A stretch of 64,000 nucleotides of DNA, from positions 11,214-75,213 of the forward strand of contig JBGTBD010000034.1 in assembly GCA_041749475.1 (NCBI GenBank). Direction: 5' to 3'. This DNA comes from Rickettsiales bacterium (GTDB taxonomy: Bacteria > Pseudomonadota > Alphaproteobacteria > Rickettsiales > UBA998). This document shows positions 35,611-44,475 of the stretch, one piece after another. Below the pieces are notes generated by a model. That model saw nothing but the letters and a program-made list of their open reading frames with translations. It had not been told where the DNA came from and searched no databases. The translations under genes were made by a program, and so were the position numbers. The first letter of the stretch is position 1. The number at the start of each line of letters is the position of its first letter.

Positions 35611-36795
35611 ATGGCGAATAAGCAAGACGTAGTAATCGTAGACGCGGTACGCACCCCCATCGGCGCATTCATGGGCGGGCTTTCCTCCCTCCCCGCACAC
35701 AAGCTCGGCGAAGTCGTCGTCCGCGCGATTCTGGATCGTACGAAGGTCGCTGGTGAGGACATCTCCGAGGTCATTCTCGGTCAGGTCCTGAGCGCGGTAC
35801 AGGGCCAGAACCCGGCGCGCCAGACCGTCATCAATGCAGGCCTCCCTAAGGAAGTTCCCGGCTGGGGCCTGAATCAGGTCTGCGGCTCGGGCCTCCGCGC
35901 CGTCGCTCTGGGGTATCAGGCCATCATGTGCGGTGACAGTTCTATCGTCATTGCGGGTGGTCAGGAAAGTATGTCTCTCGCACCCCACGCGCAACAACTC
36001 CGCACGGGCGCGAAATTCGGTGACATCAAACTGGTGGACACCATGATCCATGACGGGCTGTGGGACATCTTCAATAATTACCACATGGGCATCACGGCAG
36101 AGAACGTCGCCAAGAAATTCTCCATCTCCCGTTCCGAGCAGGACGAATTCTCCGTCCTCTCCCAGCAGAAAGCGGGCAAGGCGATGGCGGGCGGTCATTT
36201 CGACACGCAGATCATCCCCGTCACCGTTCCCGGTCGCAAAGGCGATGTCGTCGTCGATAAGGACGAATTCCCGCGTCCCGACACCACCACCGAAACCCTC
36301 GCCAAACTGAAACCCGCTTTCGACAAGGAAGGCTCCGTCACCGCCGGGAACGCCTCCGGCATCAACGACGGTGCTGCCGTCACCATGCTGATGACGCGCG
36401 AAGAAGCCGACAAGCGCGGCCTGAAACCCCTGGCGCGCATCGCCGGCTGGGCCCATGCGGGCGTTGAGCCTGCCATCATGGGCACCGGCCCCATCTATGC
36501 GGTGAAGAAAGTACTGCAGAAAACGGGCTGGGAACTGGGCGACCTTGACCTCATCGAATCCAACGAAGCCTTCGCCGCACAAGCCTTGGCCGTGAATAAG
36601 GAACTGGGGTGGGATACCGCGAAGGTCAACGTCAATGGCGGGGCCATCGCCCTCGGTCACCCCATCGGTGCATCCGGCGCGCGTATCTTCACCACCCTGC
36701 TGCACGAGATGGTACGTCGCGATGCGAAAAAAGGCCTCGCCACGCTCTGCATCGGCGGCGGCATGGGCGTCGCGCTGTGTGTAGAGCGCGATTAA
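35611..36795 (+). CDS. phaA: Acetyl-CoA acetyltransferase (beta-ketothiolase)
   Basis: [16 protein letters not shown]...[11 protein letters not shown]...[18 protein letters not shown]...[10 protein letters not shown] thiolase signatures. Confidence 0.96.
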   Translation: MANKQDVVIVDAVRTPIGAFMGGLSSLPAHKLGEVVVRAILDRTKVAGEDISEVILGQVLSAVQGQNPARQTVINAGLPKEVPGWGLNQVCGSGLRAVALGYQAIMCGDSSIVIAGGQESMSLAPHAQQLRTGAKFGDIKLVDTMIHDGLWDIFNNYHMGITAENVAKKFSISRSEQDEFSVLSQQKAGKAMAGGHFDTQIIPVTVPGRKGDVVVDKDEFPRPDTTTETLAKLKPAFDKEGSVTAGNASGINDGAAVTMLMTREEADKRGLKPLARIAGWAHAGVEPAIMGTGPIYAVKKVLQKTGWELGDLDLIESNEAFAAQALAVNKELGWDTAKVNVNGGAIALGHPIGASGARIFTTLLHEMVRRDAKKGLATLCIGGGMGVALCVERD

Positions 36796-36804
36796 TTTAA
36801 TTTA

Positions 36805-36906
36805 CCTCCCCCTTGAGGGGGGAGGCAAGGTGGAGGTGATGCTCCCGCATTACCCGGTCTTCAAGGCCGATCACCCTCCCCTAACCCCTCCCCTCAAGGG
36901 AGGGGA
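36805..36906. repeat. Palindromic MITE/REP-like element, family A (second copy)
   Basis: It has the same termini as 28614-28716 and lies in the phaA-phaB spacer. Confidence 0.8.
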
Positions 36907-36943
36907 ATAACAACAGGATGAATTGAAAAAGGAGCCTAAAAGA

Positions 36944-37669
36944 ATGTCACGTATTGCAGTAGTCACCGGGGGAACACGCGGAATCGGATATGCCATCAGC
37001 ATCGCGCTGAAAGAAGCGGGCTATACGGTCGCCGCCAACTATGCCACGCGTGATGAAGCAGCACAGGCCTTCAAGAAAGAAACCGACATCGAGGTCTTTA
37101 AATGGGACGTCGCCGATTACGACGATTGCAAAGCGGGTATCGAAAACGTCGAGAAGGAACTCGGCGGCACGGTCGAACTGCTCATCAATAACGCGGGAAT
37201 CACGCGTGACGCAGCGATGCATAAGATGAATCCGCAGCAATGGTCGGACGTCATCAGCACCAACCTCACCTCCTGCTTCAACATGTCCCGCGCCGTCATC
37301 GAGAAAATGCGCGAGAAGAATTTCGGTCGTATCGTCAATATCAGCTCCATCAACGGCCAGCAGGGCCAGTTCGGCCAGACCAACTACTCCGCCGCCAAAG
37401 CGGGCGTCATGGGCTTCACCAAGGCCTTGGCGCGTGAGACGGCGGCCAAGGGCATCACCGTCAACACCATCGCCCCCGGCTACATCGCCACCGAGATGAC
37501 CTCCGCGATGAAACCCGAAGTCCTCGACCATATCATCAAGGGTATCCCCGTAGGCCGCATGGGAACCCCCGAAGAAATCGCCCGCGCCGTCCTCTTCCTC
37601 GTAGACGAAAAAGCCGGCTTCATCACCGGCGAGACGCTGTCCCTCAACGGCGGCCAATACATGGAGTAA
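36944..37669 (+). CDS. phaB: Acetoacetyl-CoA reductase
   Basis: MSRIAVVTGGTRGIG...NNAGITRD...YSAAKAG (SDR), immediately downstream of phaA. Confidence 0.93.
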   Translation: MSRIAVVTGGTRGIGYAISIALKEAGYTVAANYATRDEAAQAFKKETDIEVFKWDVADYDDCKAGIENVEKELGGTVELLINNAGITRDAAMHKMNPQQWSDVISTNLTSCFNMSRAVIEKMREKNFGRIVNISSINGQQGQFGQTNYSAAKAGVMGFTKALARETAAKGITVNTIAPGYIATEMTSAMKPEVLDHIIKGIPVGRMGTPEEIARAVLFLVDEKAGFITGETLSLNGGQYME

Positions 37670-37820
37670 CCGTCACAAACTCTTAATTTTACAATATTTT
37701 AGAGTTGAATTAAGCCTAAGCGCTTACCCTGCCACTTAAACTTGTTTTTGGCGCTTCAGGCACAACTCCGTGTTTTGCCTACCCTCTAGCGTGTACCGCT
37801 TGGAACAAAGGGTCAACACC

Positions 37821-37964
37821 ATGCCATCGCCTCGTGCTTGGATCTTGTTGATCGCTGGTAGTACTTCTTTCGGGGAGTACGTATTCTTTGTCGTTGTCGG
37901 ACTGTTCATGTTCGCAACCTATCGACAGCGCAGGAGAAACCGACGATACGTCCTCTACCAGTGA
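37821..37964 (+). CDS. Possible 47-aa small membrane protein
   Basis: MPSPRAWILLIAGSTSFGEYVFFVVVGLFMFATYRQRRRNRRY has a TM helix plus a basic tail. A hairpin terminator follows. Confidence 0.3.
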   Translation: MPSPRAWILLIAGSTSFGEYVFFVVVGLFMFATYRQRRRNRRYVLYQ

Positions 37965-37975
37965 TGTCCCGACGA

Positions 37976-38007
37976 GAATGAAAGGAGTCTTCGGACTTCT
38001 TTCATTC
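37976..38007. terminator. Bidirectional hairpin terminator
   Basis: GAATGAAAGGAGTC-TTCG-GACTTCTTTCATTC, located between the small ORF (+) and the LOG gene (-). Confidence 0.6.
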
Positions 38008-38028
38008 CGTATCATAGAAACAGCAGGG

Positions 38029-38631
38029 CTACACTTTTTGCAACAACGAGTTATCGCCCGCGTTCGACGGTATCGGCTCATTGACGATATAGTCCACCAG
38101 CGCGTCCAGCGAATCCACCACGTCGAACAGACGCAGCGTGCTTTCCATCGCGAAGCCTTTTTCAATGATGTTATTCATCAGCGCGATCAGGTGATCCCAG
38201 TAGCCCGCATGGTTAAAGATGACGATGGGCTTGTTGTGCATCAGCAGCTGCTTCCAGGTCAGGATCTCGAACATCTCATCCATCGTCCCGAACCCGCCGG
38301 GGAGTATCACGAACATGTCGGATTTTTTATACATGAGTTCTTTGCGCGTATGCATCGTATCGACGATGACGATCTCGGAGAGATTCTGGTGCTCGTTCTC
38401 GATATTGCGCAAGGATTCGGGAAACACGCCGGTCACCCATCCACCTTCCGCCATCGTCGCATTGGCGACCGCGCCCATGATGCCGCAATCTCCACCGCCA
38501 TAGACGAGCGTGATCTCTTTTTCGGCTAATTTCTTGCCCAGTTCTTTCCCCATATCGAGGTGAATCTGTGGGACTTTATTTTGTGCGCCGCAAAAGACGC
38601 AAACGGCTTTTTGTTTAGTTCTGTCAGTCAT
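38029..38631 (-). CDS. LOG family protein (TIGR00730; nucleotide 5'-monophosphate nucleosidase)
   Basis: VCVFCGA...LVYGGGDCGIMG...PGGFGTMDEMFEILTWKQL signatures. Confidence 0.9.
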   Translation of the reverse strand: MTDRTKQKAVCVFCGAQNKVPQIHLDMGKELGKKLAEKEITLVYGGGDCGIMGAVANATMAEGGWVTGVFPESLRNIENEHQNLSEIVIVDTMHTRKELMYKKSDMFVILPGGFGTMDEMFEILTWKQLLMHNKPIVIFNHAGYWDHLIALMNNIIEKGFAMESTLRLFDVVDSLDALVDYIVNEPIPSNAGDNSLLQKV

Positions 38632-38654
38632 AAAACTCCTATGTTCCTAGTACG

Positions 38655-39863
38655 TTAAACGCGCACATCCGCGGCAGGTGAATACTCACCTGCGGTCAGA
38701 TTAGCGGCGGTTGTGGGTGATTCAGCGATACCTGCTGAGGATGGCATGGTTTCAGTATGCCACGAAACAAGTTTACGTTCCCTTAACGCGATATGCTGCT
38801 CCAGCTTCTTCGCGGATTGGTGCATCACCACCCAGCTCGCGATGAACAACAGCTCGATCGCTCCCATCACCCCGAAGACGATACCAATCTCCAGCGTATT
38901 GAGCGTCTTGAAATCGATGGTCAAAATCATCACCAAGGCCAGCGCCCCGACCAGTACCGTCACCAGCGCCCACAGTGCGCCGAAATATTTGATGCGCGAA
39001 GTATTCTTGACGAGAATTTCCTGCACCATCTTCTCGCGGTCTTTTTCTTCCGAAAGCGTACTCACCCATTCATCGAGCCGCGAATGTTTCTGGCTGACCT
39101 GCTGTACCGTCTCCTCGAACTTCGCGCGCGTCGTCTCGATTTTCTGTGCCTGCTGTTCCAGCTCCTGTGCTTTCAATTTCGGGTCGAAATCCTGCGCCCC
39201 CATCACATCTGTTTCAAGGAACTGCACGTCCGTGAATTGCGCATTCCGAAATTGCGTTTCCACGACACTGACGCGCAGGAACTGCATGGAAACAAATTGC
39301 GTCTCACGGCAATCCGCTTCATCCAGCATCGCGTCATTGAGGATGACTTTTTTTAACACCGCTTCGCGCAAGTTCACCCCGAACAGGTTCGCGTCCGCAC
39401 AATCACATGCTTCCAGTTGCGCTGATCGGAGCGTCGCCTCGGACAGATTGCACCGCGCGAAATTGCACTGCTGGAACTGCGACTGCGTCATATCGCTCTG
39501 CGAGAAATCGCTCTGGCTGAACATCCCCCGTTCGGCCACCACATGCGTCATGTTCGCCCGACGGAAGGACGCGCCGGAGGCGATGACGTCGGACATCTTG
39601 GCATCGGTGAAATCCGCCTCGTCACAGAACGCCCCGTTCATCTCCACCCCGCGCAGGTCAGCCCCGCGAAGGGAGACTTGCATGATATTGCGTGAGGAAA
39701 GCGTGCAGCCGGTGAGGTCGGCATCGCGTAAATTAGCCCGGCGGCCTTCCTTACCCTCAGATTCCAGCCACAACGCATGCTGGGCGAGGTTGCCGTCCAA
39801 CTGCTCTTGTGTGAAACGGGTTCCGGTCATGCCGGGCGCTTTCGTGAGGGTTTCAGTGTCCAT
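38655..39863 (-). CDS. Pentapeptide-repeat protein with coiled coil and C-terminal membrane anchor
   Basis: A long run of A[DN]LXX-type pentapeptides (ANLRDADLTGCTLSS...ADLRGVEMNGA...CNLSEATLRSAQLEA...). This is followed by a coiled coil and two TM helices (YFGALWALVTVLVGALALVMILTI, IGIVFGVMGAIELLFIASWVVM). Confidence 0.85.
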   Translation of the reverse strand: MDTETLTKAPGMTGTRFTQEQLDGNLAQHALWLESEGKEGRRANLRDADLTGCTLSSRNIMQVSLRGADLRGVEMNGAFCDEADFTDAKMSDVIASGASFRRANMTHVVAERGMFSQSDFSQSDMTQSQFQQCNFARCNLSEATLRSAQLEACDCADANLFGVNLREAVLKKVILNDAMLDEADCRETQFVSMQFLRVSVVETQFRNAQFTDVQFLETDVMGAQDFDPKLKAQELEQQAQKIETTRAKFEETVQQVSQKHSRLDEWVSTLSEEKDREKMVQEILVKNTSRIKYFGALWALVTVLVGALALVMILTIDFKTLNTLEIGIVFGVMGAIELLFIASWVVMHQSAKKLEQHIALRERKLVSWHTETMPSSAGIAESPTTAANLTAGEYSPAADVRV

Positions 39864-39988
39864 AACATCCTAAAGGATACCATGCCATGCTTTCCCGCCC
39901 GTGACAAGCCGCGAAACAGGCGCTCCCCGTTGCCTCGCCCGCTTTCGACTGAACGCCGATGCAGAAAGTACACTCTTACCCCCTACAT

Positions 39989-40044
39989 GTCACCCTGAAC
40001 TTGTTTCAGTGTCCATCTGGATGCTGAAACAAGTTCAGGGTGAC
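39989..40044. repeat. Perfect 21-bp inverted repeat hairpin (REP-like, family C), probable purK terminator
   Basis: GTCACCCTGAACTTGTTTCAG (39989-40009), a 14-nt loop, then CTGAAACAAGTTCAGGGTGAC (40024-40044). It lies 13 nt downstream of the purK stop. Confidence 0.75.
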
Positions 40045-40056
40045 ACAATGAAGCAC

Positions 40057-41163
40057 TTACAGCTTCGGCTGCAAAATATTCACATGCCCCATCTTCCGCC
40101 CCGGCCGCACGTCTTCCTTGCCATAGAGATGCAGCCGCGCGAAGGGGTATTCCTTGAGGTAGCTTTCCCAATCATGCACATCATCGCCAATGAGGTTGAT
40201 CATGTTAGCGGGGCAGAGCTGCGTGGTCTTCCCCAGCGGCAAATTACATACCGCGCGGAGCTGTTGCTCGAACTGGCTGGTCGCACAGGCGTCCATCGTC
40301 CAATGCCCGGAATTATGCGGCCGCGGCGCCATCTCGTTGACCAGCACCTCTCCCGTTTTGGTCACGAACATCTCGACCGCCAGCAACCCTACCAGCCCTG
40401 TCTTTTCCGCCAGCGTCAGCGCGATGGCGCGCGCCTGTTCGCTGACCTCTTTCGTCACCGGTGCGGGCGCGATGGTCTCTTTCAATATGTGATTCTTATG
40501 GATGTTCTGCACGACTGGGTACGTCGCCACCTCACCCGACGCATTGCGCGCGACGAGGACGGAGACTTCCATTACGAACGGCACGAACCCTTCCAGCACG
40601 CACTCGGTCTTGCCCAGATTCTCCCAAGCCGCAGCCGCATCTTCCACATTCTGGATCGACGCCTGCCCTTTACCGTCATACCCCAACTCGCACGTTTTCA
40701 GGATCGCAGGTGTTCCGATTTCCTTCACCGCTGCCGCAAGCGTCTCCGCATCATGCACCCGCGCAAACTGCGCCGTGCCAATGCCATGCAAACGACAGAA
40801 TTCTTTCTCACGCACCCGGTGCTGCGTCATCTCTAAAATCGCGGGCGATGGATATACGGGAACGATACCCGAAAGCAATTCCAACGAACGGTGCGGGATA
40901 TTTTCGAACTCGAACGTCACCACATGTACCGACTCCGCGAAAGAGCGTAACGATTGCTCATGTGTATACTCCGCCCGCGTCGTCAGTTTGGACACCTCGC
41001 TCGCAGGTGCATTATTCTCCGGCGTGAAAATATGCGCGTGATACCCCATCCGCGCCGCCGTCATCGCCAACATCCGCCCCAATTGCCCCCCACCGATAAT
41101 GCCGATGGTGGAGCCGGGTTCGATAGTCGCTAGTGGCAAGTCATCAGTCGTTGGAGATTTCAT
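40057..41163 (-). CDS. purK: N5-carboxyaminoimidazole ribonucleotide synthase
   Basis: IGIIGGGQLGRMLAMTAARMGY... ATP-grasp, full-length PurK pattern. Confidence 0.95.
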   Translation of the reverse strand: MKSPTTDDLPLATIEPGSTIGIIGGGQLGRMLAMTAARMGYHAHIFTPENNAPASEVSKLTTRAEYTHEQSLRSFAESVHVVTFEFENIPHRSLELLSGIVPVYPSPAILEMTQHRVREKEFCRLHGIGTAQFARVHDAETLAAAVKEIGTPAILKTCELGYDGKGQASIQNVEDAAAAWENLGKTECVLEGFVPFVMEVSVLVARNASGEVATYPVVQNIHKNHILKETIAPAPVTKEVSEQARAIALTLAEKTGLVGLLAVEMFVTKTGEVLVNEMAPRPHNSGHWTMDACATSQFEQQLRAVCNLPLGKTTQLCPANMINLIGDDVHDWESYLKEYPFARLHLYGKEDVRPGRKMGHVNILQPKL

Positions 41164-41193
41164 AACGTAATTCTAATGCCATTTACTAGTGCT

Positions 41194-41260
41194 GTCATTC
41201 CCGCAAAAGCGGGAATCCATTCTTGGTTAGCAGGTGGATTCCCGTTTTCACGGGAATGAC
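41194..41260. repeat. Palindromic MITE/REP-like element, family B (second, short copy)
   Basis: GTCATTCCCGCAAAAGCGGGAATCC (41194-41218) and GGATTCCCGTTTTCACGGGAATGAC (41236-41260) are inverted copies. The element lies in the purE-purK spacer. Confidence 0.8.
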
Positions 41261-41289
41261 ACATTATGTGATATTCCGAATTCTGAACT

Positions 41290-41793
41290 CTACCCCTGCG
41301 GCACTTCCGGCACGTCCGCCGTCTGCTTTTCGCGGTATGCAACCAGGCGCGCTGACAATGCCGCGTCGGAAAGGCTGAGGATGGACGCAGCAAGAATCCC
41401 CGCATTCATCGCACCCGCCGTGCCGATAGCTAGCGTCCCCACCGGAACGCCGCGCGGCATCTGGACAATGGAAAGTAGCGAATCCAGCCCGTTCAACGCA
41501 GGTGATTCCACGGGAACACCCAGCACGGGCAGATGCGTCATGGACGCCGCCATCCCCGGCAGATGCGCCGCACCGCCCGCCCCGGCGATAATGACGGAAA
41601 GGCCACGCTCAGCCGCCGTCGTCGCATACTCATAAAGCCGTTTGGGAGTGCGGTGGGCGGAGACGATATGGGTCTCGTATGCGACCCCCAGCGCGTCCAG
41701 TACCTCGGCGGCGGATTTCATCGTCGGCCAGTCGGACTGGCTGCCCATGATGATACCGATTTTAACAGTTGTGTTTGCCGCTGGGTTTGTCAT
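41290..41793 (-). CDS. purE: N5-carboxyaminoimidazole ribonucleotide mutase
   Basis: [15 protein letters not shown]...VSAHRTP...[14 protein letters not shown]. The start was chosen at MTNPAAN (41793). Confidence 0.95.
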   Translation of the reverse strand: MTNPAANTTVKIGIIMGSQSDWPTMKSAAEVLDALGVAYETHIVSAHRTPKRLYEYATTAAERGLSVIIAGAGGAAHLPGMAASMTHLPVLGVPVESPALNGLDSLLSIVQMPRGVPVGTLAIGTAGAMNAGILAASILSLSDAALSARLVAYREKQTADVPEVPQG

Positions 41794-41874
41794 GCTATTG
41801 TTCCTCTCCCGCTCGGGAAAGGGAGGGAACATAATGGAAAGCCATTCAAAAGAAAAGATTTTTTTATTGTGACG

Positions 41875-42570
41875 ATGGAAAAAGAAAAAAAGGCGGCAAA
41901 CCCGCACCATTCAGGCCACCGCCAGCGCCTTCGCACCCGTTTCCTGGAGAATGGCCCCTCTGCCCTCGCCGAATATGAACTCCTCGAACTCATCCTCTTC
42001 GCCGCCCACCCAAGGGGTGACGTAAAACCCCTCGCCAAGTCCCTCATCAAGGAATTCGGCAGTTTTGCGAAAGTCATCGAGGCCGAGCCGCTAGCACTCA
42101 AACGCATCGAAGGCATGGGCGAAGCCGGTATCACGGCGCTGAAAACCATCGCCGCCGGGGCGCAACTCCTCCTCCGCCAGCAGGTCGAAAAACGCCCCGT
42201 TATCTCCAGCTGGCAAGCCTTGCTCGATTATTGCACCCTCAGCATGGCGGGAGAGAAGATCGAACAATTCCGCGTCCTCTTCCTCGACAGCAAGAACCAG
42301 CTCCTCGCCGACGTCATCATGCAGGAAGGAACCGTAGACCACACCCCCGTCTATCCCCGTGAGATCCTCAAGAAAGCGCTCGAACTCGGCGCCTCCTCCC
42401 TCATCCTCGCCCATAACCACCCCAGCGGCGACCCCTCCCCCAGCAAGGCGGATATCGAGATGACGCAACAAATCATCGCCGCCGCCAACGCCGTGGGCCT
42501 ACGCGTCCACGACCATCTCATCATCGGCCGCAAGGGGCATTACTCGTTCAAATCGAATGGATTGCTATAA
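41875..42570 (+). CDS. radC: RadC-family JAB-domain protein
   Basis: [13 protein letters not shown]...ELLELILF... and JAMM motif [22 protein letters not shown]. The start was chosen at MEKEKK. The upstream 114 codons of the ORF overlap purE antisense and were rejected. Confidence 0.9.
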   Translation: MEKEKKAANPHHSGHRQRLRTRFLENGPSALAEYELLELILFAAHPRGDVKPLAKSLIKEFGSFAKVIEAEPLALKRIEGMGEAGITALKTIAAGAQLLLRQQVEKRPVISSWQALLDYCTLSMAGEKIEQFRVLFLDSKNQLLADVIMQEGTVDHTPVYPREILKKALELGASSLILAHNHPSGDPSPSKADIEMTQQIIAAANAVGLRVHDHLIIGRKGHYSFKSNGLL

Positions 42571-42659
42571 ACGCGAACGGCCTCCCCACACCACATCCCG
42601 CTGGATGCAATGATTTGGGGAGGCCGCCGGTCAGGTCACGTTAGTGACATGACAGTCGC

Positions 42660-42900
42660 AGCGCCGTGCCTCAGACACCCCACTTTTGATGGCCGTAGGG
42701 CAGATCTTCAGGCCAGGTAGGCCAACGACGGGACGAAGCGCTGAGCGTCAACATGGCTGGATTTCTCCGTTGCCAGAAGCCGTTTCTCAAGGAGGTTCAC
42801 ACTTGATAGACGGCAGGTTTTTCCCTTACGGGTTAGTTCTCAACAACGTCTTCTGGGGTAAGCCAAAAGTGCGGTGAAGAAAACCAAGTGAACGCACGGA
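42660..42900. ncRNA. Candidate structured RNA (class and strand unknown)
   Basis: It sits in a 470-bp gene-free gap. There is long-range complementarity: CACCCCACTTTTGATGGC (42676-42693) with GCCAAAAGTGCGGTG (42862-76), CCGTGC (42664-69) with GCACGG (42894-99), and CCAGAAG (42773-79) with CTTCTGG (42850-56). There are also local hairpins. I recognised no known RNA family. Confidence 0.25.
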
Positions 42901-43042
42901 ATTTATCCGAAGGGTACTTATTGTAAAATGAAGGTTTGATGACACATCAACCAGCATTTAAGCCAAAAATCTCCAAGCATAGATGACAAAAATGTAAGTA
43001 ATATTGCTTGATTTATTAATGAAAGTTTAATATTATAAAGAG

Positions 43043-43285
43043 ATGCAATACCTCACCAGTGCATTTTTACTCGTCGGATTGATCCTGACCCTGTATATGT
43101 CGGGCCAGCCCCGTCTGGAAACACCTGAAGCCAAGACCGTTTTCCAAGCCCGCGCCATTGATAGTTTTCGTATCCATGAGGACAAGGTCGTGAAATATGA
43201 CAATACGGGCACATTCGTCCGTATGGAGTTCGTCTCCAAAAAGGTGAATCTGCCGATACAGGACGTCCACACCCCCCAAAAATAA
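43043..43285 (+). CDS. Hypothetical small membrane-anchored/secreted protein
   Basis: N-terminal hydrophobic helix LTSAFLLVGLILTLYM. The upstream region is AT-rich. Confidence 0.45.
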   Translation: MQYLTSAFLLVGLILTLYMSGQPRLETPEAKTVFQARAIDSFRIHEDKVVKYDNTGTFVRMEFVSKKVNLPIQDVHTPQK

Positions 43286-43343
43286 CCCCTTTTTTCATCA
43301 AAATGTAACGGAATCACTGTGTGAACCTTGCTATGCTGAAAGC

Positions 43344-44273
43344 ATGAGTTTCGCGATTCAGGTTCCTCAGTCCACACAGGTGGGTGCTGTATACACCCCC
43401 TATACCCCTACGCCTGCCCAATCCGCTAGCCTACCCATCCCCGACGCGAAGACGGCCTATGAAGGATTCCTGAACCTCCGCGCGCAGATGCCGGTGGAGC
43501 AACGCGCCGCGCTCGACGAATCCCTCGCCACCCGTCTGGCGGATGAAACGGGCATCAGCATGTATGGGCGCGAAATTAAGGACACCATCCACCCTGAACA
43601 GCACACACACGCCAAGCTGGAAGTGAATCCCTATTCCCACGTCGGCGCCGGGGCCACCATCGCCGTCACCGCGACGGATCCGACCAGCGGGGAGCTCTAC
43701 ATCCTCATGGCCCGCAAGCATAAGGTGGAAGGCCATCCCGAACTGGGGCTGGGTGATTACATCCTGCCCGGCGGCTATATGGAGGCCCATCCTCTGGCCC
43801 ACGGCGACCCCACGCGCCCGTTCGACCGCACACTGGAAGACACCGCCCGCCGCGAATTGAAAGAAGAAACGGGCCTGACCATCCCCTCCCACATCCCCTA
43901 TACCAGCCTCGGGGCGGATAGCCGCTACGGCATCTCCAACGACCCCCGCCTGCACACCATCAACGAGTTCTTCCACGTCCATCTGAACACTCCCCTTCCC
44001 CCGCCAATCGCAGGGGATGACGTGGCCGAGGTCACCTGGGTCAACGCCAAACAAATATTGAAGGACGACACCATCGGCGTCCGCCCCTTCGGCAGTCCCG
44101 ATTCCCGCTACAAACTCGCCACCTCCGAAGGCGAGTTCAACATCCGCGACGAACATGGCGAATTCCTCGAAAAAGCCCTCCTCCGCGCCAAGGAACAATC
44201 AACAAATCCCCCCATGAAGCAATGGGTAGACCGCATCTCAACGCCGGGTAAGGGCATCACGTTCAATCGTTAG
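43344..44273 (+). CDS. NUDIX hydrolase with ~110-aa N-terminal extension
   Basis: The Nudix box is split by an insert: LPGGYMEAH...RTLEDTARRELKEETGL. Confidence 0.8.
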   Translation: MSFAIQVPQSTQVGAVYTPYTPTPAQSASLPIPDAKTAYEGFLNLRAQMPVEQRAALDESLATRLADETGISMYGREIKDTIHPEQHTHAKLEVNPYSHVGAGATIAVTATDPTSGELYILMARKHKVEGHPELGLGDYILPGGYMEAHPLAHGDPTRPFDRTLEDTARRELKEETGLTIPSHIPYTSLGADSRYGISNDPRLHTINEFFHVHLNTPLPPPIAGDDVAEVTWVNAKQILKDDTIGVRPFGSPDSRYKLATSEGEFNIRDEHGEFLEKALLRAKEQSTNPPMKQWVDRISTPGKGITFNR

Positions 44274-44475
44274 TCGTTGCATTCCTCGCTTTCGTCATAG
44301 CCCGAGTTGCGCAGCAACTATAGGGCTATCCAGCCTATCCTATACCTCCGACGTTTCTGGATTCCCCTATAATCCGCTGCGCGTCTTCGGGGAAGGACGA
44401 TATATTTCAACTTACGATTAAAGATCAACAAGCACTCCCTTTGCGTTTTCTGGCGCTTTCTGCTATAGCCCGCCC

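Noticed and set aside
38713-39873. 386-aa plus-strand ORF covering the whole pentapeptide-repeat gene
   Set aside because: Its translation is Ser/Cys/Arg-rich nonsense with no motifs. The minus-strand frame gives textbook A[DN]LXX pentapeptide repeats plus TM helices. It is a shadow ORF produced by the repeat periodicity and the high GC.
41533-41874. 114-codon N-terminal extension of the radC ORF
   Set aside because: It overlaps purE on the opposite strand and is Arg-rich. RadC homology begins at MEKEKK (41875).
42718-42744. tmRNA-like tag start GCC AAC GAC (A-N-D...) in the structured intergenic region
   Set aside because: The frame reads ANDGTKR-stop, with no hydrophobic ...LAA/VAA ending. 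I found no T-arm (GGTTCGA-type) or acceptor/CCA element nearby, even allowing for the permuted two-piece alphaproteobacterial form.
42700-42760. Partial resemblance to c-di-GMP-I (GEMM-I) riboswitch elements (GGTAGG..., GGGACGAAGCGC)
   Set aside because: The elements occur in the wrong order relative to the GEMM-I consensus. The GGCAAA/GAAA tetraloop-receptor part is absent.
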